Below are positions 12,476 to 24,300 of a stretch of 64,000 nt of DNA, in pieces. The stretch is from positions 68,760,001 to 68,824,000 of the forward strand of contig NC_086097.1 in the NCBI RefSeq assembly GCF_963921235.1, given 5' to 3'. A model generated the notes under the pieces. The model searched no databases, had not been told where the DNA came from, and was given only the letters and a program-made list of their open reading frames with translations. Position numbers and translations under genes: made by a program. The DNA comes from Mobula hypostoma. Lineage: Eukaryota. Numbering within the stretch: position 1 is the stretch's first letter; each line of letters opens with the position of its first letter.

Positions 12476-12691
12476 CTTTTCTTTTCCTAGTTGCTTTTGC
12501 AGCCTGTTCTGCCACTGGATAGTCTGCATTATTATGGCTTCCCACCTTCTCTCCAGGTTCACAATAACAAGTTGCATTGACTGACGATCAGCTTCCAAAC
12601 AGTTAGCATCTCTGTCATCGAGGAGACGTTGGCATAAGTGAAGTACAGAAATTATGCCACGCCGTCGTTGTTTAATTTCAGAGCACAGTGA
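12476..12691 (-). CDS. AKAP6: AKAP6 internal coding exon, 216 nt, phase 0-0: SLCSEIKQRRRGIISVLHLCQRLLDDRDANCLEADRQSMQLVIVNLERRWEAIIMQTIQWQNRLQKQLGKEK
   Basis: Read by hand; the ORF track only shows another frame here. Acceptor tttgcttttag|TCA and donor AAG|gtaaga; 72 open codons. Matches recalled AKAP6 SLCREIKQRRRG...MQLIIVNLERRWEAIVMQAVQWQTRLQK and directly follows ...LQHFK of the previous exon. Confidence 0.96.
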
Positions 12692-15600
12692 CTAAAAGCA
12701 AATTATTAAGATTAGTGATGTGTTATCCTGTACAATTCAAACCAATATTCTTACAACAACTGACATAATATAAATAAGAAGAATGAAAATAAAACATGAC
12801 AATAGCCATCAAAAAATTCAGAAACAGGGTGCTTATTTAGAGAGCATGATGTAGAATTAATCAAATTCATATATTCAGACTAATTTATGTTAGAAACAAT
12901 TTAATTCCGTGGTAGCTGAATGATATTTACACGGTACTCTTCAAGTTTAAGTTTCTCCATGTAAAGACTGTTCTGTTAAATCAAGAACAAGTTATCATAA
13001 TCTTTCTCAGGTATGAAAGAACACCAGAATTTACTGCCATTGATTAAATATTCCATATGAGAGAGAATAATCTGTGGAAACTAGAGCAGATAGGCTTTAT
13101 ATTAATTCCAGAGGATACATGCTGTTGCTATCAACCATGAAATAATGACGTGCTTGTATATTGGTTTTTTTTTCACCTTTGCAAATTATCACTCCATTGA
13201 ACAGAATAATTATCACTCCAGATAATATAATAAATCACTTAACTTTCCCAAACAATCATCTGAAATTTAACCCTAATTTAAACAATTATTAGTATCAAAT
13301 TACCTTATGTAGATTTTATTTAAAGCATGGAATAACTCATTTTACTAAACTGTAACCTGCCTATGTGGTTATGCAACGACCAGTAAAAAATCCATATGCC
13401 TGCGAGAATCATCTGTGTATTTATGTGTGGACATATTGAGATAATATTGGAAGGGAGAATGACATAAGGTGCCAGTTTAATAACAAATAAACAATGACCG
13501 AAATAGGAGCTCAGTCTTAGCATAAGAATGAAAATCATGCAAGGGGTAAGTTTTACTAGTTTATTTGGAAAGCAGGGCACTATCTCTTTTGATCAAATAT
13601 ACTGTATACTATACTGAACCTTAGAGCATTAAGCAGGATCAGCATGGACTTGGAAACATCCAAGCCTTCTTGATGTCTTCAGTTGCACTGGTCCTTTAAG
13701 ACCATGCAGCTGCCAACATCCTGCTGAACCTTACTACTGTGGGATGGTGATCTACAAGTGGTGATCTTGAAGCTTATCTATGGACTACTCTAATTATCTT
13801 CTCATAACTCATGTTGTTAAAAGGTCTTTACTACTTTTTTTACCTACCTTTGATGACTGGAAAAAATAGAAACAACTGAAATTCATGTAAATAATTAAAA
13901 TGTAGGAAATATTAATAGCATTTTTAAAAATTATGCTACATTGAATTTATGTAAATTAATTCAAATAGCAATATTAATTCCCTTATTTCCTACTTTTAGC
14001 AAAATTCAACAGCCACATTTAAATGAATAGGGCTATGCCAGTTATGTCCCTGGACTCAGTAATGAGTCTAAATACAGTGTGGGTCAGATGCACCTATATC
14101 TCACCAGCAGTGTATTGTGTATTGTGTGCGGCTACATATAACCCAAATATACTAAAATGCATGTTGCATCTGGTCGATATTTTTGTCTGAAACCAGCTGT
14201 CATTACAATCCAGCCATTATAGATTGGTGATGAGGATGGGTTCTCTTGCAGTTCACCTTTGGGATTATTGAAGGACATTGTCAGCTCACACTTGAAAAGT
14301 TTAAGGTGATCTTTTAGAACCAAAACTTTTTTTGTGTGTGGTGTTTACCTGCAGACATTCTCAATGAATTAATTGAATCACATTCACCTGAGAGCTCTGT
14401 GTGGACTGATACAAGTGCATAGCACAAGAAGCCAAAATGGCAAGGTAAAGTTGCTGGCCATCACAGGATTATCGAATGAATCAAGTTTCGCCAATTCCCC
14501 TTTGAATAGTGCTAGAGTAATATGGCGGCTCTGAGACTGCATCACAAACCTTGGCATGTAAGATGATTCAGCTTGTACTTCAGTCAGATGGCCATGTTCT
14601 TGAAAGCAACAATCTTGTGGAAGGTGAAGGAGAGGTAATGGTGCCAGGGCCCTGATCAGATGTTATTCAAGTATTGAAAAATACATCTGACAGAAGTTAG
14701 CCAAGAACTGTTATGCCATGCTTCAAACTTCCTCATAGCACGTAAGACAATAAATTGGCTTGTTTAAAGATGCTGTGCAGAAATTGGAAGATTACTGAAG
14801 CTGTTAAAATAGCTGAGGTCTGTACAGTTGGCATTAGGTACTAGAAATAGAGTGAATCATCTTTGTATTGTAATTTTATTTTTGTGTTTTAGATTACACT
14901 TTGATAGATTTATGTGTGCACTAGTAGATAATTAACTCAGTTGAAGCTGTTGACCAGACCAAACCTGCCTTTTGAACTTATTTGTTAAATTGTTGAGTTG
15001 ATGGAAATGGCATCTAAGAAACCTAGAGCATATCATCCACCACATGCAACTGGTATCGATGCAACGTATAGTCAGGGAAGTGGAGCAAAGTCCACGCTGT
15101 GAAACTAAGCCTGAAGGAAGCCGTGAGACCTGTTCAGTCACTTGCTATTGTTATTCTGGACATCATGCCCGGCAATTCTGTCACTCCAGAACAGCCAAGT
15201 TTTTCAATGGCCAAAACACAGTCACATTTCAAAAGTTTGCAGATCCAACGGCCAGACATACAACAAATGCAAATTCACCGGCAGCTCAAAGCAGTAAGAA
15301 AAGGAAACACTTCATAATTTGGGACTTGTTTAGGCAATGAAAAACTGGGATTATATAATACCATATATGTCTCATAACTAGCAACAGCAGCAAACATAGA
15401 CTTTCAAGTAAAGAAGCCGATTAATAACCATGCATTGACATGGGATATAATACTGCCACAATTTGATAATGAATCAAAACTGTTACTCTGGCAACTTCAG
15501 CCAGACATCATTGACAAAAAGTAGAGTCACATGGAAAATCTGTTCCAGTGTGATTTCACAGGCATTAGGACAAATGACTGCAGCCATGAGACTTCATAGG

Positions 15601-16853
15601 ATCTGGAGTTATAATGGAGGATTCCAGGACTCAGCCCATCCATGTGCAAACCAGTGTCATCAACTCTAGAGGGTCAATGATGATGGAGGGGTTTGGAAAT
15701 TATCATCCTGTAAGGTGTGATTCTGCAAGTAGGCCTATGTTAGGATGTTGCTTGGTTAGCATGTGGGACAATTCTGTCAGTTTGCACACCATTCCTCAGG
15801 AGGACTTTGCACTGGTGCTTTGGTTGATCTCAAGTGTTCTGCCCATTTTTATCGTTCCTTTTACTTTTAATTCATAGAACACCCCGGACACAACCATATA
15901 GGCCAGGCTAGGACAAAGGGCAAAATATATCTTATACTGCTGAATGTAGGTCAATCAGATGAGGTTTGAAGGATAATTTGTCAATATTACTAAGGCCAGC
16001 TTTTTAACCATCTGGATTCTTAGATCAGATTATTAGTCTTGTAACTTAAACACTGTGTTCATACTGAAATAAAATTAAATTTAATAGGGCAAAGGTAGAG
16101 AAAAAAAATCACCATATTCAATCTCCATATTGCATGTGTGTGGTGTTTATGTAAAAAATTAACAGAACACATGATTTTGAACTGAAGTAAGGAATTTCAG
16201 TTAGCAGAATGTATTTGGATTATTGGTGCAGTTTATGAAGATTTATCTTGGCAACTGGCACTCAATTCATATAAGCAAGTTATGAAATGAACAATTATTT
16301 GACTCCTTTGCAAAATGTGTTGAGTTATACATCAGTGGGAAGATATTTTACAGGAATATTCTATTTGTTGATGTATTGCCTTTGCAATATTTTAAATTTC
16401 CATAAATCTATAATAGGTAGAATTTCATTATTTCCATAGTAAGAGCATACTGTACCTTTAACATTTCTGAATTTTAAATAAGATAGATGATAAATTCCCC
16501 ATTTATTTATTGCCAAATATGGGTTTATAGTGTATTATTCAATTTTAGGCAGTAATGCATTTCCATCTATAATTCCTTAAGTTTCCTTAAAGGAGTAATC
16601 CACTATTTTAATTGTGAGTTTAAATCATTTAGTACAAACAGAATCAAAGCCCATGAGTTTAGCTATGCACTGCTGTGCTAAAAGGAAATTTAGTTTGTAA
16701 TGTCTTTTTTACCACCTTGAAGACTGCTACATGCAATGCATTCTGGATAACACTACATTCAGGTGAACTACACTCTGTGGCTACCTGTACACCTGGAATC
16801 ATTTTCATGAACCTCCTTTGTCTGAACCCTCTCCAAAGTGCACTGGTTAAAGT

Positions 16854-18555
16854 AACACACATCAAAGTTGCTGGTGAACGCAGCAGGCCAGGCAGCATCT
16901 GTAGGAAGAGGTGCAGTCGACGTTTCAGGCCGAGACCCTGCGTCAGGACTAACTGAAGGAAGAGTGAGTAAGGGATTTGAAAGTTGGAGGGGGAGGGGGA
17001 GATCCAAAATGATAGGAGAAGACAGGAGGGGGAGGGATAGAGCCAAGAGCTGGACAAGTGATAGGCAAAAGGGGATACAAGAGGATTATGGGACAGGAGG
17101 TCCGGGAAGAAAGACGGGGGGGGGGGACCCAGAGGATGGGCAAGAGGTATATTCAGAGGGACAGAGGGAGAAAAAGGCGAGTGAGAGAAAGAATGTGTGC
17201 ATAAAAATAAGTAACAGATGGGGTACGAGGGGGAGGTGGGGCCTTAGCGGAAGTTAGAGAAGTCGATGTTCATGCCACCAGGTTGGAGGCTACCCAGACG
17301 GAATATAAGGTGTTGTTCCTCCACCCTGAGTGTGGCTTCATCTTTACAGTAGAGGAGGCCGTGGATAGACATGTCAGAATGGGAATGGGATGTGGAATTA
17401 AAATGTGTGGCCACTGGGAGATCCTGCTTTCTCTGGCGGACAGAGTGTAGATGTTCAGCAAAGCGGTCTCCCAGTCTGCGTCGGGTCTCGCTAATATATA
17501 AAAGGCCACATCGGGAGCACCGGACACAGTATATCACCCCAGTCGACTCACAGGTGAAGTGTTGCCTCACCTGGAAGGACTGTTTGGGGCCCTGAATGGT
17601 GGTAAGGGAGGAAGTGTAAGGGCATGTGTAGCACTTCTTCCGCTTACACGGATAAGTGCCAGGAGGGAGATCAGTGGGGAGGGATGGGGGGGACGAATGG
17701 ACAAGGGAGTTGCGTAGGGAGCGATCCCTGCGGAATGCAGAGAGAGGGGGGGAGGGAGAGATGTGCTTAGTGGTGGGATCCCGTTGGAGGTGGCGGAAGT
17801 TATGGAGAATAATATGTTGGACCCAGAGGCTGGTGGGGTGGTAGGTGAGGACCAGGGGAACCCTATTCCTAGTGGGGTGGCGGGAGGATGGAGTGAGAGC
17901 AGATATACGTGAAATGGGGGAGATGCGTTTAAGAGCAGAGTTGATAGTGGAGGAAGGGAAGCCCCTTTCTTTAAAAAAAGGAAGACATCTCCCTCGTCCT
18001 AGAATGAAAAGCCTCATCCTGAGAGCAGATGTGGCGGAGACGGAGGAATTGCGAGAAGGGGATGGCGTTTTTGCAAGAGACAGGGTGAGAAGAGGAATAG
18101 TCCAGATAGCTGTGAGAGTCAGTAGGCTTATAGTAGACATCAGTGGATAAGCTGTCTCCAGAGACAGAGACAGAAAGATCTAGAAAGGGGAGGGAGGTGT
18201 CGGAAATGGACCAGGTAAACTTGAGGGCAGGGTGAAAGTTGGAGGCAAAGTTAATAAAGTCAACGAGTTCTGCATGCGTGCAGGAAGCAGCGCCAATGCA
18301 GTCGTCGATGTAGCGAAGGAAAAGTGGGGGACAGATACCAGAATAGGCACGGAACATAGATTGTTCCACAAACCCAACAAAAAGGCTAGCATAGTTAGGA
18401 CCCATACGGGTGCCCATAGCTACACCTTTAGTTTGGAGGAAGTGGGAGGAGCCAAAGGAGAAATTATTAAGAGTAAGGACTAATTCCGCTAGACGGAGCA
18501 GAGTGGTGGTAGAGGGTAACTGATTAGGTCTGGAATCCAAAAAGAAGCGTAGAGC
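16854..18555 (-). mobile_element. Young 5'-truncated Penelope-like retroelement (Neptune-like): C-terminal RT, Cys-rich linker, GIY-YIG endonuclease, pLTR with hammerhead motif
   Basis: QTKGVAMGT and RYIDD RT motifs (17971-18540); YPCKRKKCYTCPY linker; GVIYCVRCSRCGLLYISET..RF.EH GIY-YIG domain ending at 17244. Single frameshift in an A-run at ~17973-17979; flanking direct repeat TAAAGT at 16848-16853 and 18556-18561. Confidence 0.93.
16914..16951 (-). ncRNA. Minimal type-I hammerhead ribozyme motif with A9-to-C change
   Basis: Minus strand reads AGTC-CTGACGC-AGG gtctcgg CCT-GAAAC-GTC-GACT: stem I AGTC/GACT, stem II AGG/CCT, palindromic ACGT stem III, GUC cleavage triplet. CUGAnGA reads CUGACGC. 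Confidence 0.7.
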
Positions 18556-20811
18556 TAAAGTTATTCCTTCTCATCACCATTCTAAATGGACATCCCTCGA
18601 TGCTCAATGGTCCTAGACTCCCCCAATATAGGAAACATCCTTTCCATATCTAATCATTTCAACATTTAAAAGGTTTCAATGAGATCCCCCCTCATTCTTC
18701 TAAATTCCAGTGAGTACAGGCCCACAGCCATCAAATGCTCATCATAGAATAAGCCCTTCAATCCTGTAATCATTTTCATAAACCACCTTTGAACCCTCTC
18801 CAAAGCCATCACATCCTTTCATAGGTAAATGATCTGAAACTGCTCACAATATTCCACGAGAAGCCTCAACAGTACCTTATATGGTTTCAGCATTACATTG
18901 CTGCTTTTATATTCTAGTCCTCTCGAAAAGAATGGTAACATTGCATTTGCCTTCCTCACCACTGACTCAACCTGCAAGTTAGCCCAGCCCCTTTCCACCT
19001 TAGACTTTTGAATTTTCTCCGTTTAGAAAATACTCCAAACTTTTATTTCTTCTACCGAAGTGCATGACCATACACTTCTCAACACGTTCCATCTGTCACT
19101 TCTTTGTCCATTCTTTCTAAGGCCTTCTGCAGCCTCCCTGCTTTCTCAACACAAACTGCCCCTTCACCTATCTTTGTATCATCTGCAAACTTGGCCACAA
19201 AGCCATCAATTCCATCATCCAAATCATTGACATATAACTTAAAATTAAGTGCTCCCATTACTGATCCCTGTGGAACACCACTAGTCACCTGCAACCAATC
19301 AGCTGTCTCTTGCCATTCAGCCAATAGTCTATCCATGATAATACCTTTCCTGTAACACCATGGGCTCTTATCTTGCTAACAGCCTCATGTGTGGCACCAT
19401 GTCAAAGGGCTTCTGAAAATCCAAGTACTCAACATCCACTGATTCTCCTTTGTCTATCCTGCTTGTTATTTCCTCAAAGAGCTCCAACAGATTTGTCAGG
19501 CAAGATTTTTCCCTTAGGGAAACCTTGCTGACTTTGCCTAATTTATCATGTGCCTCCAAGTACCCCAGAATCTCATCCTTAACAATTGACTCCAAAATCT
19601 AACCAACCATTGAGTTCAGACTAACTGGCCTATAATTTAGTTAATTCTACCTCCATACCTTTTTGAAGAGTAGAGTTACATTTTCCAGCCCTTGAGAAGC
19701 ATGCCAGAATATACAATTCTTGAAAAATCATTACTAATGATTCCACAATCTTTACAGTTACCTCTTTCATAACTCTAGGATGTAGTCCATCTGGTCCAGG
19801 TGACTTTTTAACTTCAGACCTTTCAGCTTCCAAAGCATGTTCTCCCTATTAATAGCAACTGCTCTTACTTCTGCACCCTGATATTCTTGAATTTCCGGCA
19901 TACCGCTAGTGTATACCACAATTAACACAGATGCAAAACATTTGTGTAGTGTGTCCAGTGTCCCCTATTACTATCTCTCCAGCAACATTTTCCAGCAGTC
20001 CAATATTTACTCTCACATCTCTTTTACTATTTATATGTCTAAAAAAACTTCTGGTATCCTCTTTGATATTATTGGCTAACTTACCTTCATATTTCATCTT
20101 TTTGCTTCTTATGACTTGGTTCCTAATTCTAATTTCCCCACAAATTTTTGCCATGTTATATGGCCTCACTTCTGCTTTTACGTTGGAATTGACTTCCCCT
20201 GTCATCCACGGTTGTGTCATCCTGCCTTTAGTTTACTTTTTGTTCTTTGGGATGCATCTATCCCACTTCTTCCAGATTGCTCCCAGAAATTCCAGGCATT
20301 ACTGCTCTGCTGTCATTCCTACTAGTGTCCCCTTCCAATCACCTTTGGCCAACTCCTCTCTCACACCTCTGTAATTCCCTTTACTCCTCTGTAACACCGA
20401 TATATCTGACTTGAGCTTCTTCCTCTCATATTGTATGGTGAATTCGATCATTTCTCCTAAGAATTCCTTATCCTTAAACTCCGGAATCAAATCCAGTTGA
20501 ATACACCCAATCTAAAATAGCTGATCCCCTATTGGGCTCAACCACAAGCTGTTCTAAAAAGACATCTTGAAGCTTCTACAATTCTCTCTCTTGTGATCCA
20601 AAATCAGCACCAACTTGCTTTTTCCAATCTACCTGTAGATTGAAATACCCTATGACTATTGTAACATTGGCCTCTTCACATGCTTTTTCTATCTCCTGTT
20701 GTCATTTGTAGCACACATCCTGGGTACTGTTCGGAGGACTGAATTTAACTCCCATCAGGGTCTTTTTAACTCTACCCACAATGATTCTACATCTTCTGAT
20801 CCTATGTCATC

Positions 20812-21300
20812 TATTCTTATGGACATGTTGGCCCATGGCTTTCTCTTGTGCCAAGATGAGGCCATCCTCAGGGTGGAGGAGCAACACCTTATATTCCATC
20901 TGGGTCACCTCCAACCTGATGGCATGAATATTGATTTCTTCTCCTAGCAAAAAAATGTTTCTCTCACTCTCCCCTCTTCTTCTATTCCCTACTCTGGCTC
21001 CTTACTTCTCCTCACCTGCCTATTACCTCCCACTGGGTCCCCTCCTCCCTCCCTTTCTCCAATGGTCCAGTCTCCTCTCCTATCAGATTCCTTCCTCTCC
21101 AGCCCTTTATCTTTCCTAGCCCCTGGCTTTACCTATCATATACTAGCTATCTTCCTTCCTCTCTCTGCACTTCTTTATTGTGATGTCTTCCTTCTTCCCT
21201 TCCAGTACTGAGGAAGGCTTTGTCCTGAAACGTCAACTGTTTATTCATTTCCTTAAATTCTGCCTGACCTGTTGAGTTCCTTCAGCATTTTGTGTGTGTT
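20812..21300 (+). mobile_element. Penelope-like 3' fragment inserted in the CR1
   Basis: Encodes HG.L.CQDEAILRVEEQHLIF.LG.LQPDGMNIDF, then the pyrimidine tract and conserved terminus. Confidence 0.88.
21203..21239 (+). ncRNA. Minimal hammerhead ribozyme motif with intact catalytic core
   Basis: CAGT(A)-CTGAGGA-AGG ctttgt CCT-GAAAC-GTC-(A)ACTG: CUGAnGA and GAAA boxes plus GUC triplet conserved; the first stem I pair is an A-A mismatch. Confidence 0.7.
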
Positions 21301-24300
21301 ACCTTTTTCTAAGGATTTGATTTCATTTCTTACCAACAGAGCCATGTGATTCCCTCTGCCTACCTGCACGTCCTATAGATAAAACGTGTATCATTGGATG
21401 TTAAGCTCCCAAATGCAATCTTCTTTCAGCCACATCTCAGTGATGCCCACAACGTCATACCTGCCAATCTCTAACTGCGTGACAAAAGCATCTACGTTAT
21501 TTTGTATACTGCATGCATTCAAATGTAACACCTTCAGTCCTATATTCACTACCCTTTTTGATTTTGTCTCCCTGTTACACTGCAACTCATTCCACGGCTA
21601 CCATATGACCTATATTCATAGCATATGAACCCCAAATATTTAGATGAGGCCCCTGGATTATTAATCCAGGAATTTAACACTGTGCCATCACAATGAGTTG
21701 CACAGTGTCACAGGACTCAGCAATTTCTCCTCCAACGAGCTAGTGGGATTGTTTACCTGCAAACTGGAGATATAACAGAAGCCCTGTGAATGAAAAATAA
21801 CTCCTTTTTCTCTCAAGATTACATCAGTTATGATCTCCTAAGAGTCACTTGACCATTGCCTAGAAGGCTATTTTGTAGTGTGGGAAGGTGTAGTTGGGAG
21901 TTGGGCTTCAAGGACTAGGGTTGCTCTTGGATGGTACCCCTACTGAAAGCCAATGGCCTTTAATAGCGATACTCAGCTTCTGAGAGTCAACTCTGTTGGA
22001 GCAAATATATATTGATGCCAATACCTAACAAATACACAAATGTGTTGAGCTGATGTTACTATGACATTTTTAATAGTTTGATGTATAAATCTCATGCAGA
22101 ATTTTGGTTCAATACAAAGAATTTTTTTTCATTGTGGCCAGGTGGATATTGTAATAGATAGAAAAAGAGGAATGAAAATGTGTGATCCTGTGTCTTGAGA
22201 TTGCATCTTTATGTGCTGTCTAATAACTCTGCCAAAAGGGACTGTCTACATTGTCTCCTCCCTTCATTTTCCCCTTCTGTCCTTATGCTCTGAAGCTCCT
22301 GGTAAAGGATCAGGTCCTTGATTGTGAAATTGTGCGGCATGCTGTGGTACCCGATGAATTTTGAGATGTGCTGGACTCTTGCAGAGTTTTTCAAATGACC
22401 CTTCAGTGTAATATTTTTTGAAGTAAAACAGGAGAGGCATGGTGATGTATGTTCATCCCATCAAACAGCATTAATAAAACATCACATTTTATTGTTGTTT
22501 ATGGGAACCTGACATGCACACTATGACAGCCACATTTAGCAATGTGACAATCATGATTACATGTCAAAATACTCCTTTTAGGCATAAAGCCTCCTGTGTA
22601 TGTGAAATACAATGCAGAAAAGGCCACCAAAGCTAACTACTTTGCCTCAAAATTACGTTGGTTAGGATCTCTGAAGTGTCACTTGACCATTGCCTAGAAG
22701 GCTATCACACGGTGTGAGAAAGTGCAGTTGGATATTGGGCTTCTAGGATTTATGAAAGTGCTTCAGAATTTATATAAATTTTATAATATTAATCATCCTT
22801 AAATACTAATCATCACTGTTACTTTGGAAGGATTGAAACTACCAAAGATGCAGGCATGGCAAGAGAGTATGGCAATCCCATATGGAATGCTAAATACCAG
22901 GCCACTAGTTAATTGCTCAGATTTATCTATTGGCAAGCAACAGCTATCAATATATTAGGGTAAAACTTGTAAACTACAGGTTGTCCTCTACCAAATTTAA
23001 CTGCTATAACAGGTGAAGTCTTGGGAGAAGAGATTGGATGATGGGTTTGGAGATTGGAGGAAACCTTAATTGTTACCAAAACCAACCGCATTAATCCCAT
23101 TTTGATGGGAAGCAGAGTCTTCCCATTTTAACTTCTCCCCTGCTCCATTATCAGCATGTAAAGTAAAGCAAAATTGCTCTTTGAACATCCATAATACCTT
23201 GTGAAAATCATATTTTAGATTGTTAAGCATAGACTTAAATGAACAACTTGTCTATGATTGCCTCTATTTCACAGTACTTTTACTCCGACAATATCGAGGT
23301 TTATTAAGGGGTTGGTTTAGTTTAGAAAATAAATCATTGAGCTGTAATTGCTCACAGCAAGTGCTCTTGTTCCATTGAATGTTTTTTTATTGCTGCCCTT
23401 TATAATCGTTTTGCTGACACGAGTTGGGGAATGTATCATTCTTAATAATACGCAGAAGAAATGGAAACCTGGTTTGCATTTGAATTGCTCTTTGATCCTA
23501 TCATTTTCCAGTGGTGTCTCTATTTGGTGGACTGTCTGCTCAGATATGTTTGCAATATATTATAACCCACCGTAACTGCAGATATTACAAATGGTTACCC
23601 AGCACAGACATTTTTGGGCTTATGTTGTCACTATCAAAGTTAAGCAAAAGTGCCAGGTTCCAAAATTGAAGAAACTTCACATTAAATAAACTTGAATGTA
23701 AAGAAATGTCAGTGAAGAAATTCAACAGAACTGTTAAGCCGTCATTCTTGCAGCAGAAAATATTATGCAAACAAACTCTGAATTTCATTGGAAGAGCTCT
23801 TGTTTGAACAGGACTCACAAAAATATTAAAGATCAAGGAACCTGGACTTTGTTGAGACTCATTATCTGGTAATGGATCCAGGAAGCCTGCAAGAACTTAA
23901 GATAGGCAAAAGGATTGGCTTCTAACAGAAAGAACTTCCAATAAAAGGAAAATGATGGTTGATAAGATTCTCCATTGAGGAAATAGGCAGTTGAGTGGAA
24001 TTCATTGCTGATACAGCTGGAGGGAATTACAGTATGTCAGTTGTACAAAGCGAGAACAATCTCAAAACGGAGTAAACAGGATTTCCAGTTTAAAATGCAG
24101 CTAAAAACAGATAATCACAAGAAGAATAAGTGTAAATTGAACCTTATACGTAGTTCGGAGTGAAAAAAGTCTGTCCTTTGTTGTTTTACAATCCTAATTT
24201 TCCAAATTTATTCTCCACGTTATTTGAAAAATACACTGCAGTGAATTTAGACTTCTTTCAAATTAAATTTCAAGATTAAAACTCCAGTATCATCTCCTTT

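Larger units (their letters stand above)
18562..21600 (-). mobile_element. Old CR1 LINE ORF2 (endonuclease to RT end), decayed
   Basis: Fragments LNACSIQN..YDVVGITEMWL (21391-21585), SPGPDGLHPRV, SCLTNLLELFEE..DFQKPFD, GVPQGSVMG..FADD. Confidence 0.9.

Noticed and set aside
12153..12545. 130-aa ORF in the track overlapping the AKAP6 exon
   Set aside because: Wrong frame over the exon, and it runs through the splice donor into intron.
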